The position numbers and the translations under genes were made by a program. From the NCBI GenBank assembly GCA_049840735.1, contig JASGJN010000013.1, positions 192,001-256,000 on the forward strand: 64,000 nucleotides of DNA. The letters run 5' to 3'. Origin of the DNA: Anaeromyxobacter sp. (GTDB taxonomy: Bacteria > Myxococcota > Myxococcia > Myxococcales > Anaeromyxobacteraceae). Shown in pieces: positions 42,321-52,110 of this stretch (position 1 is the first letter of the stretch; each line of letters opens with the position of its first letter). The notes under the pieces are model-generated. The model was given only the letters and a program-made list of their open reading frames with translations. It was not told where the DNA came from and searched no databases.

Positions 42321-43756
42321 GCGACCTGGCCCCGCTGGACGACGCGGCCCTCGACGCGCTCCGCGAGGCGGCGCGGCCGTTCGAGGACGCCGAGGCGGCG
42401 CTGGTCCGCTCGGTGGTGAGCACCACCCCCTGGCTCTCCGAGGCCGACGAGGCGCAGCTGCGCTACGCGCTCAACCTGGCGCGCACCGCCCGCGTGCGCG
42501 CGCCGGACGGCGCGGACGTGGACCTGGCGCCGGTGCTGGCGCCGCTCCGCGAGGAGGTGCGGGCGGTGCTGCCCGCGCTGCTCGCCCCGGGCGGCCCCGA
42601 CCGCGAGGCGGTGGGCCGGCTCGCGCCGGTGCTGGGCGCGCGGGCCCGCGTCTTCCGCGACCTGGCGGTGGAGGCCTCCGGCGGGCGCCTCCCGCGCGGC
42701 GCGCTCGATCGCGAGGTCTGCGAGAAGGCGCTGGTGGTGGTGGCGGGGGGCGGCGGGGGCGTGGCCTGGAGCTACCTGGGCGCGCTGGCGCTGCTCGAGC
42801 AGTACGCGCTCACGCCGCGCCTGCTGGCCGGCACCAGCATGGGCGCGGTGCTGCTCCTGATGCGCGCGCGGCGCGTGCGCTGGCACGCCGACGACGTCAA
42901 CGAGGCGCTCAAGGGGCTCACCTTCCGCACGCTCTTCCGCTTCCTGCGCGCCGAGGCGCGCTACGGGCTGCCGGCGGCGCTGCGGCTGTACCTGCGCGCC
43001 GCCATCGGCGACTTCCTGCGCGGGCCGGACGGCCACCCGCTCACGCTGGGTCAGCTCGCCGTCCCGCTGGTGGTGGCGGTCACCGGCATCCGCAACGGCG
43101 CCCTGCCGCGCGACCCGTCCTACTACGAGCACCTGCTCGACCTGGACGGGCGCGAGGCCCGGCCCATCCTGCTCCCGCGCATGGTGACCGACGTCTTCGG
43201 CGCGGTGGCCGAGCTGATCCTGCAGCGGGACCGCTTCGCCCGCGTCTACCTGGGGAGCGACGAGGAGACCCGCGACTTCGACGCCATCGACGCGGTGGGC
43301 TTCTCCTCCGCCCTCCCCGGCGTCATCCACTACGACGTGGTGCGCGAGGACGACCGGATGCACGCCATGCTGGCGCGCATCTTCTCGCGCGAGGACCTGT
43401 TCCGGCTGGTGGACGGCGGGCTGGTGGACAACCTCCCGGCCCGGGAGGCCTGGGCCACCGTGCAGCGCGGGGCCGTGGGCACCCGCAACGCCTTCGTGCT
43501 GGGGCTGGAGGGGTTCGGGCCCAAGCTGTCGCAGCCGCTCTGGTACGGCATCGCCCAGCTGGCGGCGGCCAACGTGGCCTGGAACAAGCCCTTCATCCAC
43601 CTCCACAAGTCCTTCCAGCGGGTGCTCTCGCCCATCGAGATCGTCCCCGACGCCGGGGAGCTCCAGCGGGCCAGCAACGACGGGAAGGCCGAGCTGCACC
43701 CGGACATGCCCTTCCTCGCCCACATGGTCCGGTCGTTCCCCGCACCGGCTCCGTAG
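42317..43756 (+). CDS. Patatin-like phospholipase
   Basis: GGGGG oxyanion loop, GTSMG nucleophile, DGG; ATGA overlap with glnE. Confidence 0.85.
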   Translation: MSDLAPLDDAALDALREAARPFEDAEAALVRSVVSTTPWLSEADEAQLRYALNLARTARVRAPDGADVDLAPVLAPLREEVRAVLPALLAPGGPDREAVGRLAPVLGARARVFRDLAVEASGGRLPRGALDREVCEKALVVVAGGGGGVAWSYLGALALLEQYALTPRLLAGTSMGAVLLLMRARRVRWHADDVNEALKGLTFRTLFRFLRAEARYGLPAALRLYLRAAIGDFLRGPDGHPLTLGQLAVPLVVAVTGIRNGALPRDPSYYEHLLDLDGREARPILLPRMVTDVFGAVAELILQRDRFARVYLGSDEETRDFDAIDAVGFSSALPGVIHYDVVREDDRMHAMLARIFSREDLFRLVDGGLVDNLPAREAWATVQRGAVGTRNAFVLGLEGFGPKLSQPLWYGIAQLAAANVAWNKPFIHLHKSFQRVLSPIEIVPDAGELQRASNDGKAELHPDMPFLAHMVRSFPAPAP

Positions 43757-43843
43757 AAATGCGGGGGCGCTGAGGTGTTGAATCCCCCCGCCCCCTGAGG
43801 CACATTCGAGGCCCACACCGCAGCACCCGCAAAGGCGCGCTCC

Positions 43844-44758
43844 ATGATCAAGGCCGACACGATCTGGCTGGACGGCAAGCTGGTCCCGTTCGACGAGGCC
43901 AAGGTCCACGTCCTCACCCACGCCCTGCACTACGGCATCGGCGTCTTCGAGGGCATCCGCGCCTACCGCGGCGCGGACGGCCGCTCGGCCGTGTTCCGCC
44001 TCCGCGAGCACATCCAGCGGCTCCATGACTCGGCGCACATCATCCTGATGGAGATCCCGTTCGCGGCCGAGCGGCTGGAGCAGGCCTGCGTCGAGGTGCT
44101 CAAGTCCAACAAGCTCGACGCCGGCTACCTGCGGCCGCTGGCGTTCACCGGCGCCGGCGCGCTGGGCGTGGGCGCCCAGAACCCGATCCAGGTGCTGATC
44201 GCCGCCTGGCCCTGGGGCGCCTACCTGTCCGAGGACGGCCTGAAGAAGGGCATCCGCGCCAAGGTCTCCTCCTTCAACCGCACCCACGTGAACGTGGGCA
44301 TGGTCCGCGCCAAGGTGTCGGGGCAGTACGTGAACTCCTTCCTCGCCACCCGCGAGGCGGCCATGGCCGGCTACGAGGAGGCCATCCTGCTCGACGCCGA
44401 GGGCTACGTGGCCGAGGGCGCGGGCGAGAACCTCTTCATCGTGAAGAACGGCGTGCTGCAGACCCCGCCGCTCTCCTCCGCCGTCCTGGCGGGCATCACC
44501 CGCGACTCGGTGCTGCGCATCGCCAAGGACCACGGCATCCCGGTGAAGGAGGAGAAGTTCACCCGGGACACCATGTACCTGGCCGACGAGCTGTTCATGA
44601 CCGGCACCGCCGCCGAGGTCACCCCGGTGCGCGAGGTGGACAACCGCCGCATCGGCAAGGGCGAGCCCGGCCCGGTCACCAAGAAGATCCAGGAGACCTT
44701 CTTCCGCGCCGTCCGGGGCGAGGAGCCCCGCTACCGCGAATGGCTGATGCCTTACTGA
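43844..44758 (+). CDS. ilvE: Branched-chain amino acid aminotransferase
   Basis: [37 protein letters not shown]. Confidence 0.96.
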   Translation: MIKADTIWLDGKLVPFDEAKVHVLTHALHYGIGVFEGIRAYRGADGRSAVFRLREHIQRLHDSAHIILMEIPFAAERLEQACVEVLKSNKLDAGYLRPLAFTGAGALGVGAQNPIQVLIAAWPWGAYLSEDGLKKGIRAKVSSFNRTHVNVGMVRAKVSGQYVNSFLATREAAMAGYEEAILLDAEGYVAEGAGENLFIVKNGVLQTPPLSSAVLAGITRDSVLRIAKDHGIPVKEEKFTRDTMYLADELFMTGTAAEVTPVREVDNRRIGKGEPGPVTKKIQETFFRAVRGEEPRYREWLMPY

Positions 44759-45056
44759 GCCTCTCCCCATCCTTGGCCCCTCAAGGGGCACCGAGCGCTC
44801 GCCTTCCCGGCGGGCGCTTCGCTTTTCGGGGGAAGGCCCCGCGTCGGGGTGCCGCGCAAGGATGCGCTCCCCGCGCGGAACAAGCCGGCCGGCTCGCACG
44901 TTCATCACGCGCAGGGCAATTCGGTTGACCAGTCGCGCCTGCTTCGGCTAGATACCCGCGACTTTTCTGGGATTTACAACCCCAACCCGCTCGCCGGCCG
45001 CGAGGGCCGCAGAGGCCAGAGGGACGGCCGCCGCGCCGAGCCAGGAGCCCAGGACG

Positions 45057-45824
45057 ATGAGGACCCGATACGTCGACATCGACGATCGCATGGAAGATCT
45101 CGCGGAGCGCATGCGCGCCGACGAGGAGCTCGCCCAGGACTTCCTGCAGAAGTACGAGCTGTCGTGGCTGTACCACGAGAACGCCCTCGAGGGCCTGGTG
45201 TACTCCAGCCAGGAGCTGGCGGCGGCGCTCGAGACGCCGGTGCTGGCCGACGCCACCTTCGCCAGCGCGCTGCGCGAGCTGCGCAACCACAAGCTGGCGC
45301 TGGACGCCGTGCGCGAGGAGGCCCGCAACAAGAAGCTGAAGCTGGGCCTCAGCGTGGTGAAGCGGATCTACGAGTCGCTGACCCAGGGCATGGAGGGCAA
45401 GAACGCGGCGGAGTACCGCAAGGACATGCCGCTCCACCGCGCCTACTTCCACGACATCGCGCAGCCGCCCAAGATCCCGGCCCTGCTCCAGAAGCTCTTC
45501 GACGGCACCGAGACCGCCGACTGGCGCAACGCGCATCCCATCCAGCAGGCGGCCCGGCTGCAGCACGGCTTCATGCAGGCGTTCCCCTACACCGACCAGT
45601 CCGGCCGCGTGGCCCGCCTGCTGGCCAACCTGGTCCTGCTGCACGCCGGCTACCGGCTGCCGCTCATCGTGCACGCCACCGACCGGCAGCGGTACTACGA
45701 GGCCCTGCGCCAGCCCGAGACGGTGCTCCGCGACCTGACCATCGAGGCGCTCGACAACGCGCTCGAGCAGGCCGAGAAGTTCTTCGCCGAGGCTCCGGCG
45801 CGCAGCCGCAAGGCGGCCCGCTAG
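45057..45824 (+). CDS. Fic-domain protein with degenerate active-site motif
   Basis: HENALEG inhibitory-helix-like motif; HPIQQAARLQHGFMQAFPYTDQSGRVARLLANLVLLHAGY. Confidence 0.75.
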   Translation: MRTRYVDIDDRMEDLAERMRADEELAQDFLQKYELSWLYHENALEGLVYSSQELAAALETPVLADATFASALRELRNHKLALDAVREEARNKKLKLGLSVVKRIYESLTQGMEGKNAAEYRKDMPLHRAYFHDIAQPPKIPALLQKLFDGTETADWRNAHPIQQAARLQHGFMQAFPYTDQSGRVARLLANLVLLHAGYRLPLIVHATDRQRYYEALRQPETVLRDLTIEALDNALEQAEKFFAEAPARSRKAAR

Positions 45825-45856
45825 CAGCTTCTTCAGCTCGGCTCCGCCGCCTCCTC

Positions 45857-45903
45857 GCGCCCGCGATGCCCCTTTCGGGGCCCTCGCGGGCGCGGCCGTT
45901 TTC
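45857..45903 (+). terminator. Probable intrinsic terminator after fic-like gene
   Basis: Long stem GCGCCCGCGA..TCGCGGGCGC followed shortly by a T run. Confidence 0.45.
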
Positions 45904-46061
45904 GCGGATGGGCGGCGGCCCGCCGCCCGCCTTGGAGGGGGTCCGGGCGTCCTCCGGGTGTGGCAACCCGCGGACAAAGCGGACGTTTCTTGTTCGTCGG
46001 GTTGCGCTCCGGACCGAGCATGGCGGGGTGGCAGGGCGGTGGGGTATAGCTACGCCCCCTC

Positions 46062-46892
46062 ATGCTCCTGGGCGCACACGAGCCGATAGCCGGAGGCGTC
46101 TCCACCGCGTTCGCGCGGGCGGAGGCCGACGGGGCGGACTGCCTGCAGATCTTCACGCGCAACGCGCGCGGCTGGGCGGCCCGCCCGCTGGAGGATGAGG
46201 AGGTCGCACGCTTCAAGGGCGAGGCGAAGCGGACCCGGAAGCCGGTGGCCGCCCACGCCTCCTACCTCATCAACGCGGCCGCCGCGGATGGGCAGATCCG
46301 GCGCAAGAGCTGGGAAGCGCTCGCCGACGAGCTCGGCCGCTGCGAGCAACTCGGCGTCTCCGCCCTCATCTTCCACCCAGGGAGCCACGAGGACGAGAAG
46401 GAGGGGACGAAGCTGGTGGTGGAGGCCATGCAGCGGGCGCTCGAGCGGGTGCCCGGCAAGGTGAAGCTCCTGGTGGAGACGACCGCCGGACAGGGCTCCA
46501 GCCTCGGCTGGCGCTTCGAGGGGCTGGCCGCCATCCGGGAGGGGCTCCCCAAGGCCGTCCGCCGCCGCACCGGGTTCTGCTTCGACACCTGCCACGTCCA
46601 CGCCGCCGGGTACGACCTCCTGACGGAAGACGGCTACGGCCAGACCCTGACCGCGCTGGACCGCGCGGTGGGCCTCTCGAGCATCGAGGCCTTTCACCTC
46701 AACGACTCCAAGAAGGAGCTCGGCTGCCGGGTGGACCGGCACGAGCACATCGGCGACGGCGCCATGGGGCTCGCCCCGTTCCGCCGGCTGGTGAACGACC
46801 CGAGGTTCGCGGATGTGCCCGGGTTCGTGGAGACCGAGTCGCGCTTCAAGGAGAACATCGAGGTGCTCCGCCGCCTCGTGCGCCGCCGATGA
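46062..46892 (+). CDS. nfo: Endonuclease IV
   Basis: GAHE, HASYLIN, FHPGS, ETTAGQG, CFDTCH, HLNDSK, DRHEHIG. Confidence 0.95.
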   Translation: MLLGAHEPIAGGVSTAFARAEADGADCLQIFTRNARGWAARPLEDEEVARFKGEAKRTRKPVAAHASYLINAAAADGQIRRKSWEALADELGRCEQLGVSALIFHPGSHEDEKEGTKLVVEAMQRALERVPGKVKLLVETTAGQGSSLGWRFEGLAAIREGLPKAVRRRTGFCFDTCHVHAAGYDLLTEDGYGQTLTALDRAVGLSSIEAFHLNDSKKELGCRVDRHEHIGDGAMGLAPFRRLVNDPRFADVPGFVETESRFKENIEVLRRLVRRR

Positions 46893-48007
46893 AGGCACAG
46901 ACCACCATGCGTCAACAGGAAGAACCTCCCCGATCCCGGAGCCGGCCCACCGTGGCCGCCCGGATGGCGCTGTACCCGCGCCAGCTCGAGGCGACCCGCG
47001 CCCGGCTGGACCGGCTCATCGAGTACGCCCGCGGCCACAAGCGGGCGCTGATCCTCACCCACGACAACCCGGACCCGGACTCGATCGCGGCCGGCGTGGC
47101 CCTGGCCCACCTGCTCAAGAAGCTGGGCGGCGTGGAGGCCGAGGTGGCCTACGGCGGCATCGTGGGGCGCGCCGAGAACCGCGCGCTCATCAAGGTGCTG
47201 AAGCTGCCGGTGGTGCCCATCGCGCGGGTGGTCTTCGACGACTATGACCTCATCTGCATGGTCGACACCCAGCCGGAGCAGGGGAACCACTCCCTGCCGG
47301 CGCGCCACTTCCCGGACGTGGTCATCGACCACCACCCGGAGCGGCCGGACTCGCACCTGGCCCCCATCGCCGACGTGGGCGGCCCCATCGGCGCCACCTC
47401 CACCGTGCTGGCGGAGTACTTCCGCGCCAGCGGGTTGAAGGTGCCGACCGACGTGGCCACCGCGCTGTTCTACGGGATCAAGGCCGACACCCGCGACCTG
47501 GGCCGGCAGACCACGCGGCAGGACGTGGACGCCTACCTGTGGCTGTTCCCGATGGCGGACAAGGACGCGCTCAGCGCCATCGAGCACCCCAAGCTGCCGG
47601 AGGACTACTTCCGGCTCCACCACCTGGCCATCGAGAAGGCGCAGATCTTCGACGACGCGGTGGTCTGCGACCTGGCCGAGATCTACACGCCGGACATGGT
47701 GGCCGAGGTGGCCGAGCGGTTCATGGCCCTCGAGGACATGCGCTGGTCGCTCGCCTTCGGCGAGTACGAGGAGGCCATCTACTACTCGATCCGGACCAGC
47801 GACCGGCGCATGAACGCCGGCCGGCTCATCCGCGAGGTGATCGAGGCCAAGGGCGGCTCCGCCGGCGGCCACGGCACCATGGCCGGCGCCCGCCTGCCGG
47901 TGAAGGGGCTCTCCGGCCCGGCCCGCAAGAAGCTGCGCGAGGAGGTCGTGCGCGCCTTCCTGGACGCGTTCGGCATCCGGACGCGGAAGCCGCGGAAGAT
48001 TGTGTAG
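46889..48007 (+). CDS. DHH family phosphoesterase (NrnA-like)
   Basis: THDNPDPD, IDHH, GIKADT, GGH. Confidence 0.88.
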   Translation: MKAQTTMRQQEEPPRSRSRPTVAARMALYPRQLEATRARLDRLIEYARGHKRALILTHDNPDPDSIAAGVALAHLLKKLGGVEAEVAYGGIVGRAENRALIKVLKLPVVPIARVVFDDYDLICMVDTQPEQGNHSLPARHFPDVVIDHHPERPDSHLAPIADVGGPIGATSTVLAEYFRASGLKVPTDVATALFYGIKADTRDLGRQTTRQDVDAYLWLFPMADKDALSAIEHPKLPEDYFRLHHLAIEKAQIFDDAVVCDLAEIYTPDMVAEVAERFMALEDMRWSLAFGEYEEAIYYSIRTSDRRMNAGRLIREVIEAKGGSAGGHGTMAGARLPVKGLSGPARKKLREEVVRAFLDAFGIRTRKPRKIV

Positions 48008-48024
48008 GGCGGTCGCCCGCCCCT

Positions 48025-48073
48025 CCGTTCGTCCTGAGCGTAGCGAGCCCGCCAGGGCTCGCGGAGTCGAAGG
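48025..48073 (+). repeat. REP-like element copy C
   Basis: CCGTTCGTCCTGAGCGTAGCGAGCCCGCCAGGGCTCGCGGAGTCGAAGG. Confidence 0.85.
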
Positions 48074-48095
48074 ATGAACGGGACAGAGAGGTCCC

Positions 48096-49236
48096 GTGAT
48101 CTACCTCGACCACAACGCCATCACGCCCATGCGCCCGGAGGCCATCGCCGCCGTGGAGCGGGCGCTGCGCGTCTTCGGGAACCCCAGCTCCATCCACGCC
48201 GCCGGCCGCGCCGCGCGCGACCTGCTGGACGGCGCCCGCGCCCAGGTGGGCTCCGCGCTGGGCGCCCGCCCCTCCGAGCTCGTCCTCACCTCCGGCGCCA
48301 CCGAGGCCGCCGCGCTGGCCCTCCGTGGCGTGCTGGCCGCCTCGCCCCCGGACCGGCGCCGGCTGGTGGTGACCTCGGTCGAGCACCCCTGCGTGCTCTC
48401 GCTTGCCCGGGCGCTGGAGAAGGCCGGCACGCCGCTCACGGTGGTGCCGGTGGACCGGCGCGGCCTGGTGGATCCCGAGGCCTTCCGCGCCGCCCTGGGA
48501 CCGGACGTGGCGCTGGCCTGCGCCATGCGCGCCAACAACGAGACCGGCGTGCTGCTGCCGGTGCGCGAGCTGGCCGCCGCCGCGCGCCAGGTGGGCGCGC
48601 CGTTCTTCTGCGACGCCGTGCAGGCGGCCGGGAAGATCGCCCTGGACGTCCGCGAGCTGGGCGCCGACCTGGTGGCCATCACCGGCCAGAAGTTCGGCGG
48701 GCCGCGCGGGGCCGGCGCGCTCTGGATCACGCCCGGCCTGCCGCTGGCGGCGGTGGTGGGCGGCGAGCAGGAGCGCGGCCGCCGCGGCGGCACCGAGAAC
48801 CTGCCCGGCATCGCCGGCCTGGGCGCGGCGCTGGAGACCGCCGTGCGCAGCCGCGAGGCCGAGGAGCAGCGCCTGGCCGCGCTGCGCGACCGGCTGGAGC
48901 AGGGGCTCCTGGCCGCCGTACCCCACGCCCGCGTCAACGGCGCCGGCGCGCCGCGCCTCCCCAACACCTGCTCCATCACCTTCGAGGGCGCCGACGCAGA
49001 GACGCTGCTCATCGCGCTCGAATCTGGAGGGGCTGTGCGCCAGCGCCGGCGCCGCCTGCCACTCCGGCTCGACCAAGCCCTCTGGCGTGCTGCTGGCGCT
49101 CGGCCTGACCGAGGTCGAGGCGCGCTGCACGCTGCGCCTGTCGCTGGGCTGGAGCTCCACGCCCGAGGACGTCGAGGCCGCGCTGCGCCTCATCCCGCCG
49201 CGCGTGGAGCGGGTGCGGGCGGAGGTGAAGGTCTAG
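48096..49236 (+). CDS. iscS: Cysteine desulfurase, IscS/NifS family (frameshift ~49021)
   Basis: IYLDHNAITP, GNPSS, ANNETG, DAVQ, GQKFGGP, SAGAACHSG (catalytic Cys). Confidence 0.88.
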
Positions 49237-49370
49237 CAGGCGCGGGGCGAGCACGGGGGCGGCGATGCGCATCCCCCCGCTCCAGCGTCACACGCGCCGG
49301 CACCTGCGCCGGCCCCTGCTTCGGCCCCTGACCCTTGCGGCGGCGTCACGAATCGGCGTGAATGCAGCGC

Positions 49371-50291
49371 ATGGATGCCTTCTCCGAGATCGGCGTGTTC
49401 ACGCGGGTGGTGGACCTCGGCGGCTTCACGCGGGCAGCCCAGAACCTGGGCCTCACGCCCTCCGGCGTGAGCCGGATCGTCTCGCGCCTGGAGGACCGCC
49501 TCGGGGTACGGCTCCTCAACCGCACCACCCGGAGCCTCAGCCTCACGGACGAGGGGGCGGCGTACCACGAGCGCTGCACGCGCATCCTGGCCGAGCTCGA
49601 GGAGGCGCACGCCATGCTGGCCAGGGCGAGCGCCACCCCGCGCGGGCGACTGCGCGTGGACGTGCCGGTGGTCCTGGCCGACTTCGTGGTGGGTCCGGCG
49701 CTGCCGCGCTTCCTCGCGCGCCATCCCGACGTCAGCATCGACCTCACCGTCCGCGATCGGCTCATCGACCCCACCGCGGAGGGCATCGACGTGGTGGTCC
49801 GGCTCGCGCCCTCCCGCGACTCCGAGCTGGTGTCCAGGCGCCTGGCGCGCGCCCGCTCGCTCCTGGTCGCGTCGCCCGCCTACCTGGCGAAGCACGGGCG
49901 CCCGCGGACGCTCGCGGAGCTGCGGGAGCACGCCTGCGTCGTCTACCTCTCGGCCGCGGGCCCCTTGCCCTGGCGGCTCAGGACCGGGACGGGAGAGGTG
50001 AGCTTCGCGCCGAGAGGCAGGCTCCAGGCCGGATCCGGCAACGTGCTCACCCAGGCCGCGCTGAGCGGGCTCGGGGTCATCCAGACCTTCGAGCCGCACG
50101 TGGCAGGGGAGGTTCGCCGCGGCGAGCTGGAGGTGCTCCTCGAGGACCTCGAGCCCGAGCCGCGGACCATCCATGCCCTTTTCGCACGGCAGAAGGCCAA
50201 CGTCCCCAAGGTCCGCGCCTTCGTCGACTTCCTCACCGAGCTGTTCGGCTCCGCCCCGGGGCGCCCGACGACGGCACGGCGAGGGCGCTAG
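49371..50291 (+). CDS. LysR family transcriptional regulator (CrgA/DmlR-like)
   Basis: GGFTRAAQNLG, LGVRLLNRTTRSLSLT, PKVRAFVDFL; alternative start at 49362. Confidence 0.92.
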   Translation: MDAFSEIGVFTRVVDLGGFTRAAQNLGLTPSGVSRIVSRLEDRLGVRLLNRTTRSLSLTDEGAAYHERCTRILAELEEAHAMLARASATPRGRLRVDVPVVLADFVVGPALPRFLARHPDVSIDLTVRDRLIDPTAEGIDVVVRLAPSRDSELVSRRLARARSLLVASPAYLAKHGRPRTLAELREHACVVYLSAAGPLPWRLRTGTGEVSFAPRGRLQAGSGNVLTQAALSGLGVIQTFEPHVAGEVRRGELEVLLEDLEPEPRTIHALFARQKANVPKVRAFVDFLTELFGSAPGRPTTARRGR

Positions 50292-50328
50292 CGCCCGGGC
50301 GAGAGCTGTCCGGGCGCTCCGTCCGCGC

Positions 50329-50910
50329 CTATCGCACCAGCCGGAAGCCGATGTCCGGCCCGAGCTTCTGGACGTATCCGAGCTGGATGTTCAGGTAGCC
50401 GAGCGACTCGAGCCACCGCGCGTTGCGCAAGGGCCCGGCATCGATGGCATCGAAGCCGATCTCCCGCCCCAGCCCGAGGACCCGGTCCTTCGCGGCGGCG
50501 TCATCGGCGGCCACCAGCAGGGCGAGCGCCTCCCCCTTCACCTTCCCGGTCTCCATGTGCTTCGCGAACACGGTGTTGAACGCCTTCACCACCCTGGCGC
50601 GCCCGGCCTTCTTCTGCAGCTCTTCCGCGCCGCTGGTGGTGAACCCGACGGCGAGCTGCATGTCGGCCGTGAGGGCGTTCGTCGCGTCCACGAGCACCTT
50701 GCCGTCAACCGCCTCTCCCAGCGAGGCCAGGGTCTCGTCCAGCCCCCCGTACGGCACCGCCAGGAAGACCACGTCGGCCCATGCCGCAGCCTTCCGGGCC
50801 GCGCCTGGCTCCTTCCCGACCGCCCGCACCTCGTGGCCAGCTCGCGTGAGGCCACGCTGCAGCGCGCTGCCCACGTTGCCCTTGCCGATGATCCCGATCT
50901 TCGTCGCCAT
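50329..50910 (-). CDS. NADPH-dependent F420 reductase-like (pyrroline-carboxylate-reductase N-terminal fold) oxidoreductase
   Basis: IGIIGKGNVG, LAVPY, DATN, SGAEEL, VVKAFNT, DAGPL. Confidence 0.85.
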   Translation of the reverse strand: MATKIGIIGKGNVGSALQRGLTRAGHEVRAVGKEPGAARKAAAWADVVFLAVPYGGLDETLASLGEAVDGKVLVDATNALTADMQLAVGFTTSGAEELQKKAGRARVVKAFNTVFAKHMETGKVKGEALALLVAADDAAAKDRVLGLGREIGFDAIDAGPLRNARWLESLGYLNIQLGYVQKLGPDIGFRLVR

Positions 50911-51011
50911 GTGTCTTCCCTCCGAGGGTCCACCGGAGCAACGCGCCCCGGACGCCGGGCAACATGGCATCCGGCCTGCGCAGGAAAAAGGAGCCGGCGG
51001 TCACGGCACAT

Positions 51012-51026
51012 ATGACGCCACGTCAT
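51012..51026. promoter_or_regulatory. Putative LysR box
   Basis: ATGACG-CCA-CGTCAT dyad with T-N11-A, ~100 bp upstream of the oxidoreductase. Confidence 0.45.
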
Positions 51027-51153
51027 CAATCGCCTCTCCTCATCCTGCGGGACCTGCCGTCGTTCGGCCGCTCTTGCCGCCGACAGCCGATTTTCATCCG
51101 GATGAAATCGCGGGCGGTCACTCGTCCGTCCGCCACCCCTGAGGGGCCCTCAC

Positions 51154-51211
51154 GCAACCTTACGGTTGCACACCGTCCACGCCCTGCACATCCTGCAACC
51201 CGGAGGTTGCA
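51154..51211. promoter_or_regulatory. Twin operator GCAACC-N4-GGTTGC (probable ArsR sites)
   Basis: GCAACCTTACGGTTGC 51154-51169 and TGCAACCCGGAGGTTGCA 51194-51211 (the latter covers the SD). Confidence 0.75.
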
Positions 51212-51212
51212 C

Positions 51213-51689
51213 ATGATGAGCGAAGAGACCGCCGCCGGGACGCCCGGCCGGATCGAGAAGCAGATCACCGTCCACGCCCCGCAGTCGCGCGTCTGGCGCG
51301 CGCTGACCGAGGCCAGCCAGTTCGGTGCCTGGTTCGGCGCGCGGCTCGCGCCAGGCACCTTCACCCCGGGCGCCCGCGTGCGCGGCCCCATGACCATCCC
51401 CGGGCACGAGCACTTCACGCTCGATCTCACCGTCGAGCGGGTCGAGCCCGAGCGCTACCTGTCCTACCGCTGGCACCCCTACGCCGACCCGGCGCTGGAC
51501 CTCTCCGCCGAGCCGCTCACCCTGGTCGAGTTCCGGCTGGAGGCGGCCGGCGGCGGCACGCGCCTCACCGTGGTGGAGTCCGGCTTCGACCGGCTGCCGG
51601 GGGCGCGCCGCGTCTCCGTCTTCCCGCTGCACGAGTCGGGCTGGGTGCAGCAGCTCGAGAACGTGGCCCGCCATGTCACGGCGGGCTGA
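51213..51689 (+). CDS. SRPBCC/AHSA1-like protein
   Basis: IEKQITVHAPQSRVWRALT, LSYRWHP, TRLTVVESGF, GW..QL. Confidence 0.88.
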   Translation: MMSEETAAGTPGRIEKQITVHAPQSRVWRALTEASQFGAWFGARLAPGTFTPGARVRGPMTIPGHEHFTLDLTVERVEPERYLSYRWHPYADPALDLSAEPLTLVEFRLEAAGGGTRLTVVESGFDRLPGARRVSVFPLHESGWVQQLENVARHVTAG

Positions 51690-52011
51690 GGCCACGCTGG
51701 CGCGCGCCGCGCCGGTCTACGCGGCCCTGGGGGACGCCACCCGCCTCCGCCTGCTGGAGAAGCTGGCGGAGGGCGAGCCGCTCTCCATCGCGCAGCTCAC
51801 CACCGGCGCGGACATCTCCCGCCAGGCCATCACCAAGCACCTCCGGGTCCTGGCCGGCGCCGGCCTGGTGCGGGACGAGCGGCTCGGCCGCGAGCGGCGC
51901 TGGGCGCTCGAGCCGGGCCGGCTCACCGAGGCGCGGAGCGGCCTCGACGCGCTCTCGCGCCGCTGGGACGAGGCGCTGGCAAGGCTCAAGGCGTTCGTGG
52001 AGACGGAGTGA
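51673..52011 (+). CDS. ArsR/SmtB family regulator
   Basis: AALGDATRLRLL, ISRQAITKHLRVL..AGLV, WDEALARLK. Confidence 0.9.
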   Translation: MSRRAEATLARAAPVYAALGDATRLRLLEKLAEGEPLSIAQLTTGADISRQAITKHLRVLAGAGLVRDERLGRERRWALEPGRLTEARSGLDALSRRWDEALARLKAFVETE

Positions 52012-52110
52012 GGCTCACGCCTGCGGCGGCGTCCACCAAGGCGCCGCCGCGGACGGGCGCGCAGACGGGGGCGGTCCGCCACGAAAGTGTAATGTCGGAT
52101 GACGCGACCC

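Noticed and set aside
43757..43843. Possible tRNA or attenuator upstream of ilvE
   Set aside because: No cloverleaf, T-loop or leader peptide recognisable
44775..45882. GCCCC-N4-GGGGC hairpins on both sides of the fic-like gene as transposon ends
   Set aside because: Both sit just after stop codons within terminator-like stems; no transposase or target-site duplication
48096..49236. iscS as the dndA of a phosphorothioation system
   Set aside because: No dndBCDE or ssp genes nearby; the context is housekeeping
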